A DNA stretch of 64,000 nt from Octopus vulgaris. Lineage: Eukaryota. This document shows positions 53,657 through 64,000 of this stretch, in pieces. Each line of letters starts with the position of its first letter. Within the stretch, counting starts at the first letter, position 1. Where the stretch lies: contig OX597821.1 of assembly GCA_951406725.2 (NCBI GenBank), positions 70,122,001-70,186,000 on the forward strand, written 5' to 3'. The notes below the pieces were generated by a model, which saw only the letters and a list, made by a program, of their open reading frames with translations, was not told where the DNA came from and did not search any database. Both the position numbers and the translations under genes were made by a program.

Positions 53657-54072
53657 ATTTCTTTACTACCCACAAGGGGCTAAACACAGAGAGGACAAAC
53701 AAGGACAGACAAACGGATTAAGTCAATTATATCGACCCCAGTGCGTAACTGGTACTTATTTAATCGACCCCGAAAGGATGATAAGCAAAGTCGACCTCGG
53801 CGGAATTTGAACTCAGAACGTAAAGACAGACGAAATGCCTATTTCTTTACTACCCACAAGAAGTTAAACACAGAGAGGACAAACAAGGACACACAAACGG
53901 ATTAAGTCAATTATATCGACCCCAGTGCGTAACTGGTACTTATTTAATCGACCCCGAAAGGATGATAAGCAAAGTCGACCTCGGCGGAATTTGAATTCAG
54001 AACGTAGCGGCAGACGAAATACCGCTAAGCTTTTCGCCCGGCGTGCTAACATTTCTGCCAGCTCTCCGCCTT
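53657..54072 (-). mobile_element. Tandem dimer of SINE family A
   Basis: Near-identical ~183-bp units starting TATTTCTTTACTACCCACAAG at ~53657 and ~53840; only the second has the full head. Confidence 0.85.
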
Positions 54073-54680
54073 ACTGACAGAATCATTAACACCCCAGATA
54101 AAATGCTTAGCGGTATACTTCCGGTTATGTCCTTCGTTCAAATGCCGCCGAAGACGACAATGTGCACTGGGGTCAATGCCATGGCTTCTTCATGCCTTCA
54201 ACTTGCTAGCCTTCTGCCAAAATAGTTAGCTGTTGAAGAATGGTTGCTTTTTGTCAAGCTTGTTATTAATAATGTAGAGAAGGTTAGGTATTGTGCTGGT
54301 TTTCAATGTTAGTTGTGGTATTGAAGATGAGAATAATATAGCGATGGTTGTGGTGGTGGTGTTGGTGCTGGGTGGGGTAGTGGTTTGGGGGTCTTTTTCT
54401 TAAATAGAGATAATCACCGTTGAAATGTTTTAAGAATTATCTTAAGAAACATGAGGCGTGAACGTACGCGTTTGGCGAAAGAATTACACGTCAATGTTTG
54501 TTTAACCCCACGAGTAGTATAAGAATGCGTGTGCGTGTATGCGTGTGTGTGTGTATGCATATAAACATATATGTTTGTGCGTATGGCTGAACGACATATT
54601 GTGATATATCTGCAAAGTAAAGTTTTCTTTATATATGAAAACAAACATTAGTCACACATGTAGTGTATGTGTGTGTATAT

Positions 54681-54713
<33 letters not shown>

Positions 54714-54836
54714 CATACACACACACATATATATATACATACACACATATATATACATATATATATATACACACACACATATATGCGCATACACACACAC
54801 ATATATGCGCATACACACACATACATTTATATGCAC

Positions 54837-54873
<37 letters not shown>

Positions 54874-54950
54874 TATACATACACATACATATATACAAAC
54901 ACACACATATATACATACACATACATACACACACCCACACACACACACTC

Positions 54951-55051
<101 letters not shown>

Positions 55052-55117
55052 TATACATACACATACATATATACAAACACACACATACATACATACACAC
55101 ACATACATACACACACC

Positions 55118-55185
<68 letters not shown>

Positions 55186-55468
55186 TATATATATATACAT
55201 ATATATATATACACACACATACATACACACGCATTGAGACCTCCGTCCGTTGATATATAATAAATATGTCAGTCTACACACTATCAATGGAAGAAGCATA
55301 GAAAAGAATGAGAGAGAAGTCAAAGAAAGAAAGAAAGAAAGAAAGAAAGAAATTCTGAGTTTGAGAACGGAATCAGTAAGAAGGAAAAGGGGACCAAAGG
55401 AAAATGAGTGAGTGAAATGGGTGAAATACTAAGGTCATCGGGCTACGGTATGTGTAAAAGTAATTAGG

Positions 55469-55533
<65 letters not shown>

Positions 55534-56439
55534 ATGTATATATATATGTGTGTGTGTATGCATATATATTTATATATATATGTGTGTGTGTGTGTATCAT
55601 AAACTAAATTGAGTTACAGTATGCAAATTAGTAGCACTAGTTCGCTGAATTAACGGGAATTGTTGAGTATTTAAACAGATTGGCTGCTCGTTTCTTTGGG
55701 ATTGGTCAAATTGATGGAGACACATCTGATGAGAATCCAATGTGGTTTGCAAGTTAAGGATTTTCATAATTTCTTTTTCTTCCAGTCTGCGGAGAAACAG
55801 CAAAATTAGCCCAGTTTATATATCTACTAAATAGGCTATACGCATATGTATTTATTCTCATCTAAAGTGGAGACAAGTACCAACACTTCCATGTGACACA
55901 CTTGAATAACTGAGAATCTGTTCGCATAAAACCATAGGTTTCCTTGTTATATGCAGGCGTGACATGTAATGAATGGTTGTCGAGTGGGTTCGTGATAGAC
56001 ATAAAACTTCTCGTGACGCTTTAAGATTACGCAACAATACTAGACGGGTCTCCCATATCCTGCTCTGACAGGGAAGCCAACGGTGATGGTTCAGCAGCCC
56101 ATACGTAAGCATTTGTAGACTTTGTCTCTCTTATCTCTCACCTGGTCTGGTCACAGACGATTTCTCTCCAAAAGACAGACAGAAAGGGAGAAGACAGGAA
56201 TGCCATACCAGACTACTACTTTCTTTATCGACCCCAAAATGATGAAATGCGAAAATGCCCTCGGCTTTAATTGAACACAGTGCTCTAAGAGTCGCAAGGA
56301 AAACTAAGGCAATGAATCCGCTCTCTGCCTAATCCTACAAATTAGCTGCCTTACATTTACATACATGCATACACCCACACCCACAGAGACACATATACAT
56401 TGTGTGTATTTATGCATATATATGTACACATATACATAT

Positions 56440-56850
56440 ATACTCTTTTACTCTTTTACTTGTTTCAGTCATTTGACTGCAGCCATGCTGGAGCACCGCC
56501 TTTAGTCGAGCAAATCGACCCCGGGACTTATTCTTTGTAAGTCCAGTACTTATTCTATCGGTCTCTTTTGCCGAAACGCTAAGTGACGGGGATGTAAACA
56601 CGCCAGCATCGGTTGTCAAGCAATGCTAGGGGGACAAACACAGACACACAAACATATACACACACACTTATATACATATACATATATACGACAGGCTTCT
56701 TTCAGTTTCCGTCTACCAAATCCACTCAGAAGGCATTGGTCGGCCCGGGGCAATAGCAGAAGACACTTGCCCAAGATGCCACGCAGTGGGACTGAACCCG
56801 GAACCATGTGGTTGGTTAGCAAGCTACTTACCACACAGCCACTCCTGCGC
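56440..56850 (-). mobile_element. Full-length tRNA-derived SINE family B
   Basis: Head GCAGGAGTGGCTGTGTGGTAAG..GGTTCAGTCCC, internal CA/TA microsatellite, tail GGCGGTGCTCCAGCATGGCTGCAG..CTGAAAC plus (GAGTAAAA)n. Confidence 0.85.
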
Positions 56851-57286
56851 CTATGCATATATACATTAATGCATGCCTACATACACAGAAGCCCAGATGC
56901 ATATGCATATATTCATATATGTGTGCGTGTGTGCGTGCTGTGTGTGTATCTATGTGCATATAAGTTTATGCATAAATACACACATTTATACAGATATCAC
57001 ATATATATTTATGTATACTGATAGAAATACGTGTGTGTGTGTGCGTGTGTGAGCATGTGTCGAGCTGCTTATCCACATGTCAAATTGATGGGAAAAAACA
57101 TGTTTTCTACACGAGTTTAGCCACGTATTGAACAAGATAATCCTCGTTGGTGATCCGTTGTTGTAAACGATGTTCTAAATATAAATACTTATTAAATTAA
57201 AATTGTTGTTAGCTTCAAATATGTGAACATTGATTGTTAATTAACTTTCTTACTGGACAAATGATCAAGCAATAAACAGAAAACTA

Positions 57287-57335
<49 letters not shown>

Positions 57336-57569
57336 GTATGGTAGAGGGAATTCTAAACAGGGACACAAACAAGAGGCAACAACAGATATTTAGAAACTGG
57401 CATGAAAATAGCAAAAAGAACATATATTAAATATGATAGTTATGTTATCCGCCTCCTCATTCTGTCTGCTCCTCCATCCCCATCTATCACTACGATTACT
57501 CCTCCTCCTCCTCCTCCTCCTCACCTACCTCTACTACTACTACTACTACAAAAATACTCATACCAATAC

Positions 57570-57805
57570 CTATTTCTTTATTACCCACAAGGGGCTAAAC
57601 ATAGAGGGGACAAACAAGAACAGACATAGGTATTAAGTCGATTACATCGACCCCAGTGCGGAACTGGTACTCAATTTATCGACCCCGAAAGGATGAAAGG
57701 CAAAGTCAACCTCGGCGGAATTTGAACTCACAACGTAACGACAGACGAAATACCACTAAGCATTTCATCCGGCGTGCTAACGTTTCTGCCAGCTCGCCGC
57801 CTTTA
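57570..57805 (-). mobile_element. SINE family A
   Basis: Matches 53840-54072. Confidence 0.85.
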
Positions 57806-58134
57806 CTCATACCAATACCTTTCAATTACCCATGTTCTTTTTGTTTTTTAACGTTTTTTTATCGTTTTAGTCGTTTCACTCATCAGACTGCGCCCATGCT
57901 GCAGCACCCTCTTGGAGAATTTAGTCGAACAAGTAGCCCCGAATACTTACTTCTAAATCTGTACTTTTTGTATCGGTCTTCTACCAAAACCCTAAGTTAC
58001 AGGGACGTAACGAAACCAACTCCGCTAGTAACGCAATCGTGAGGAAACAAAGTGTGTGTGTGTGTGCACTCGCGTGTGCATGTGTGTGTATCTCTGTGTA
58101 CGCATGTACGTGTATACACACACAAACACACACG

Positions 58135-58189
<55 letters not shown>

Positions 58190-58353
58190 GTTCTTGTTTG
58201 TCTCCTGTCCAAGCTTGATTTACGCGTTCGTCACCACAACCTCGTTTAGGTTTAGCAGCCCTTACTGTTTCTTTTCACTGTCCTATTTGTGTTACCAATT
58301 TTGACCCTCCACAAATTCCTCAATTTTAAAAAAAATTTTACTTTGCGGGAGAA

Positions 58354-58433
58354 ACTGTTTTATCGAAAGCGTATATTGTTGTAAAATGCTCGAAATACGA
58401 GACTAGAAAAACAGTCAACAACTGATGAAGGGT
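58354..58433 (+). ncRNA. Non-circularly permuted (pseudoknotted) hammerhead candidate, family J2
   Basis: actgtttt-atcgaaag-CGTAT-A-ttgttg-taaaat-gctc-GAAATACG-agactaga-aaaacagt-caacaa-CTGATGA-a-gggt. Confidence 0.78.
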
Positions 58434-58554
58434 CGTTCTTTATGTTGTTTGTCTTGTTTTCCATTTGTGTCTTTCGTTGTTCGAAAGACTAGTTCATATT
58501 CTATGTACTCGTACTTCGTATTTTTTGTTGTACACGTTTCGTGACGTCCTGTGT

Positions 58555-58635
<81 letters not shown>

Positions 58636-58729
58636 CGTGTAGATCTACGTATGTACATATACGTATGTATATATGCATATATATATTACTTATTATATGA
58701 CCGAACGCTACGGATCCTCTTCCAAATAA

Positions 58730-58773
<44 letters not shown>

Positions 58774-58829
58774 CTGAAGAGTACCAACGAAATTAAATGA
58801 AACTTTAATATATATATATATATATATAT

Positions 58830-59258
58830 AACAGGTACTTGGAGAGAAGAACGGAACGAAACGAACGAATCGAATCGAATCGACGCGAGGGCGCTGTCAT
58901 ACAATAGTGTAATAAATAAAATATATGCATACATACATACATATATGTACGTACCTACATCTACATGTATGTATACATGCATATATAAATATATATACGT
59001 GAGTACAGGACACCACAAATAGACGTAGAACTCAACGATTAAAGAAAACGGAAAAACAAGCATGGAACAAACCATTTTTTTACAATAGAAAAAGAGAGTA
59101 CAAGACAAACTACACAAGGAAAAATCCCATTCATCAGCTGTCCCTAGTTCAACTCTAGCGTGTTTCGAACACGACTCGTCAAACTAGCCCTTCCTGCGAG
59201 AGAATTAAATAAAATTACTTCGCCGAGGGGTAAAAACATACGTACGCCTTTCTGTTTG

Positions 59259-59262
<4 letters not shown>
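58830..59262 (-). mobile_element. Second J1 element; permuted hammerhead has a 13-nt deletion (59126-59187)
   Basis: Reverse complement aligns to 24003-24410 throughout; flanked by (TA)n and (TG)n. Confidence 0.8.
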
Positions 59263-59296
<34 letters not shown>

Positions 59297-59790
59297 GTTA
59301 CCCCCCTCGGTCATGAATGACAATGGGATTGCACCTAGAAAGTTACCCTCCGAGGCACAAGTCTGGGCAAGGTAGTTTATGGAAGACCAGCAGTCACCCA
59401 AGCATACCAGCCTCCCCTCTCCACGCTACCGATGTTATCCAAGGGAAAGGCAAAAGGGCCGATACGGCTTGGCACCAGTGACGTCGCAGCTCATTTATTA
59501 ACGTGCAAGTGGCTGAGCACTCCACACACACGTGTACCCTTACGTAGTTCTCGGGGAGATTCAGCGTGACAAGGCTGGCCCCTTTGAAATACAAGTACAA
59601 CAGAAGCTGGAAGAATGAAAGAAAGTTGTGGTGAAAAAGTACAGCAGGGTTCACCCCCCCCCCTGCTGGAGCCACGTGGAGCTTTAGGTGTTTTCGCTCA
59701 ATTACTCACAATGCCCACTCTGGGAATCAAAACTGTGATCCTACGACCACGAGTCCGTTGCCCTAACCACTGGGTCATTGCGCCTCCACA
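59297..59790 (-). mobile_element. tRNA-derived SINE (family C)
   Basis: Minus head GGAGGCGCAATGACCCAGTGGTTAGGG...TTTTGATTCCC; between TG/CA tracts. Confidence 0.7.
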
Positions 59791-59861
59791 CACACACACA
59801 CACACACTTACATATATATATATATATCAAAGTGAAGTTGTAAGGTACCGCACGAGTGGAA

Positions 59862-60432
59862 ATATATATGAAAGAAGGTTTGAAAATGCAATTTGTCAAA
59901 AAGATTGTCAAAAGTAAAATGTACAGCTTTATATAAGTTTTGTTGTGTTAAGTACTGGTTGTCACAAAAGTATTAAAATACATATATAGATTCTTTGATA
60001 ATAATAATAATAATAATAATAAGAGAATATTAAAAACAGTTTATAAGGAAATATCTGACAAAATATTCGACAAAATGTTCTGTAAAAATATTAGTTCATT
60101 AAAAATCATGTTTGTTTGGAAGGAAATGTATTAGGAGTTCAAAAAATGTCATATTTGGTTGTATATATATATACACAGAAGGAAATATATTTAGGAGTGA
60201 ACTTTTTGTCTAATATTTTGTCAGATATCTCCTTGTAAACTGTATTTAACATTTTCTTATTATCAAAGAATGTATATATGCATTTTAATACTTTTGTGGC
60301 AACCAGTACTTAACACAACAAAGCTTATACAAAGCTTTACATTTTACTTTTGACAATCTTTTTTCTAAAAAAGTGAAACCGGTCAAGTGAATAAACATCT
60401 TTAAAATTGCATTTTCAAACCATCTTTCATAT
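59862..60432. mobile_element. AT-rich fold-back element between TA tracts
   Basis: Arms ~59862-60075 / ~60205-60432; residual hammerhead 3' half GAAAC-cg-GTC at ~60375. Confidence 0.75.
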
Positions 60433-62273
60433 ATATATATATATATATATATAGCTTTCAAAATGTGACCTCGTGTGTACCGTTGGCGATTTTTTCCTCT
60501 CTCTTCCCTTCTCTGGATCTTTCTTTCTCCTATGTTTCCGACGGAGAGCTCCGCTCGAAACGTTAAACCCTCCTTCTTTCCTGAGCGTCCAATAATACTA
60601 TATTTGTTCCACGTCCTCGCGTTGTTGTGTTGTTTTTTTGTGCTTTCTTGTTTGGATTAACTATATATATATATAAGTGCAAGCATATATGAGTGTCTGA
60701 ATTCTCTCTCTCTAACTGTCTGTCCCCCGCCCTCGTTTCTCTATATAGATTGTAAATCCTTTCTTCTTGGGGCAAAAGGCTTCAAATTCGTGGTAAGGGG
60801 TCTGGTCATTCACATCGCTCCTGGTGCTTGACCAGTACTTATTTCATGGACTCCGAAAGGACGAAAGGCAAAGTCGACCTCGGAACAATTTGAACGCAGA
60901 ACCTAAAAATGGCCGAAATGTCTCCTAGCAGTTTGCACGGCACGCTAACGATGCAACCAGTTCGTCGTCTCTTACAGAAGTAGGTATGTATGTATGTATG
61001 TATGTATGTATGTATGTATGTATGTATGTATGTATGTATGTATAGATAGATAGATAGATAGATAGATACATACATACATACACACACACGTGCGCGCGCA
61101 TACACACACACGTGCGCGCGCATACACACACACACATATATATGTATATTATATATATGTGTATACATACATACATATATACATACATACATACATTCAT
61201 TCAATACACGTGCGCACACATGTACAGCTCCTGACGAGTTTTATAAATATCTCGCCGTCGTCGACAATAAATTTTATTAAAATGTTAGCTTCTGAAAAAA
61301 ATTATAAACAAATTTAAGACATTAATATAGAGAAGAAAAAATTCAACTTTCCTAAAATATATTTAAACCCATCTCTAACTCTTCTCCCCCTCCGTTACCT
61401 ACACACACACACATATATATATATATATCTATATATATATATATATATAGATAGATAACCACTCACACGCGTATAGTGAAAGATAGAGACATAGATACGT
61501 GTTTATATTGACACACGCACGTGTGACACAGAGAAGTTAATTGAAATCTGATTGAAATGTTGTAATATTCGACCATTCTGACAAGGAGAGCAGTAAGTGG
61601 TTCAGGGGGAGAGAGAGAGAGAGGGAAAGAGAGATTAAGAGAGGGAATGATAGAGGGAGAGGGAGAGAAAGTAAGAGAGGGGGTTAGAGAAGGTGAGTAG
61701 GCGTTGCTGTGTTTGTTTCGCTATAGCATGCATTTCTGTGTGTGTTTGCATGTGTGCGCGTGAGATGATTGTGTGTGTGTGTGTCTGCGCGTGTGTATAT
61801 ATATACATATATATGTATTTATATTTATAGATGTGTCTGTATGCTGATGATCTTGCAGATGCTCGCGTGTACATATACGTGAATATTAACAAGTGAAACT
61901 AATTAGTACATAGGTAATCGTTTTTTATTTCGTATATTTTCATTTGTCTTGCTTATTTTTTACACTTTGTTTTTTTTTTGCTGAGTTTTTTCTTGAGAAC
62001 ACATTCTTCGTGGAAAATAGCGATTTTGACGTCTATATCTAGCATATTGACTGTCCACTTTTAGTGGTCAGTCCTTTAAATTTTGTATGTAAAAAATATT
62101 TTAATCTTCGGATTTTTTTGATATGCTAAACCACTGGTTTTAATTGATTAATATCAATTTCTACCCTTATTCAATTCGAAACGTCAAACCCTCCTTCTTC
62201 CCTGAGCGTCCAATAATACTTTATTTGTTCCACATCCTTGCGTTGTTGTTTTTTTGTTTTCTTGTTTGGATTA

Positions 62274-62317
<44 letters not shown>

Positions 62318-62588
62318 TATATAAAAAGAGAGAAAAAAGCGAGTGATAGACAGACAGATTGAGATGGACGAGAAGAGAGTGGAGGAATAGTTGTTTCCAT
62401 GTGAGCGTATTTTTATGTTGTTTTGTGTGTGTGTGTGTGTGTGTGAATGAGTGAGAGAGATGAGAGAGAAGGATCAAGCAAGAAAGTGGTTGGAAAGGAA
62501 TGCTTATGTAAGAGCAGTTTGTGGTTTTGGAAAAACTTGTTGAGGGTTAGATAGAGAGATCGATCTTTCGATCGATCGGTAGACAGAC

Positions 62589-62630
<42 letters not shown>

Positions 62631-63149
62631 TGATAGATAGATAGATAGATATGTTTCTTTATTAGCCACACAGGGCTGCACACAGAAAGAACAACTTACA
62701 AGGTAGAGCTTTTCTTTTGGGGGTAAAAAAGGGGGGTGGTTTTGATCAAAAGGGATCGTAAAAGGAAAGAAAGAGGACAAAAAAAGGGGAGGATTTAAAA
62801 AAAAGGGGGAGAGAGGGGAAAAAAAAGAAAAGGGGAGAGGAAAAAAAAGTTGATCAATAGGGATCGTAATCACAGAAATGTCAATATGAAGTGTAAAGGG
62901 GAGGACAGGTGAGGTTTACCCGTGGAAGGAAAAGCCTACGGAAAAGACCACGGTAACTTCGGTCGAACAAACAGGTAGATGAATAGAAAGATGCAAAAAC
63001 AAATAGATAGATAGATAGACTCAGTGAGAAAGATAGAGAAAGTAATGGAGTGTGTGCATGTTGAGATGTGTATGGTACGAGTTATTGGGGGGAATAGTTT
63101 TGTATTTAAAAAGATATTTCAATGCGACACTTCATTTCTTGCAATCCAT

Positions 63150-63184
<35 letters not shown>

Positions 63185-63332
63185 CTCTCTCTCTCTATCT
63201 CGCTCGCTCTCTGTCTGTCTGTCTCTTTCATCCCGCTTTTGTCTGTTGCTCTCTCTCTCTCTCACTATCTACCACCGTCTTTCTATGCAATATATATTTG
63301 CTAACGTCTCTTGAAATCCCTCCGTTTTGTTC

Positions 63333-63364
<32 letters not shown>

Positions 63365-63379
63365 GTGTGTGTGTGTGTG

Positions 63380-63410
<31 letters not shown>

Positions 63411-63490
63411 TTCTCCCCTTTCAGTGTTCTTTTTCTGCTTCTGCTCCCCCCTCTCTCTCTGTATGTGTGTATGCGTGTGTATAATGCATG

Positions 63491-63535
<45 letters not shown>

Positions 63536-64000
63536 ATGCGTGTTTATAACTTTGAATATATTCTGCATATTTATGTTTGTGTGTTCATGTTTGTGCGTTT
63601 GTATGTATGTGTGTGTTTATGTGTATGGGAATTTGTGTGTGTCTGTATGTCTGTGTGTGTGTATGCTTGTCTGTCCGTATTACCTATGTCCCAACTTATC
63701 TATCTGTTTACTTACATATCCAGTTACCTACACACATACGTCTACATCACAGCATATTACCAACTCTACCTGTATATATATATAAACTGTGGGCATTAGG
63801 GTATTACTAACTTCTACGTATATTTCCTATTTAGTACTGGAATGTTTCATTTATGATGACGTACTCTAGCATTTGTCTGTGCGTTGGGTCCTTCGGGTGC
63901 TTAAATAAAATGCGGATGTCAACTTGACCCAGTGTGCCTCTGTTTTGTTCTTTGGCATGTTGATAGAGTATGAAGGATATTATTTTGTCGTCATATTGTC

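Noticed and set aside
53657-54072. CRISPR-like or satellite array
   Set aside because: Only two ~183-bp units of a dispersed SINE, no spacers, eukaryotic context

Overview
AT-rich, microsatellite-saturated eukaryotic DNA made almost entirely of transposon debris. The repeat repertoire looks like an octopus/cephalopod genome (inference). No intact host gene is supported, and nearly all ORFs in the track are translated microsatellites. Recognisable elements: a full-length decayed mariner with TIRs, mariner and hAT MITEs, Helitron pieces, CR1/L2-, RTE-, R4/Dong-, Hero- and Tx1-like LINE relics, a Gypsy pol relic, two Penelope-like (PLE) RT/GIY-YIG relics and many tRNA-derived SINEs. The main signal is RNA. 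More than a dozen short non-coding elements next to (TA)n tracts, often as fold-backs, carry type I hammerhead ribozyme motifs, some with variant cores. Three further loci (24049-24123 +, 58354-58433 +, 59126-59187 -) carry a hammerhead whose three strands are in a non-circularly permuted, pseudoknotted order. Two of them differ in sequence yet keep pairing in all four helices. All structures were folded by eye and none is experimentally tested.
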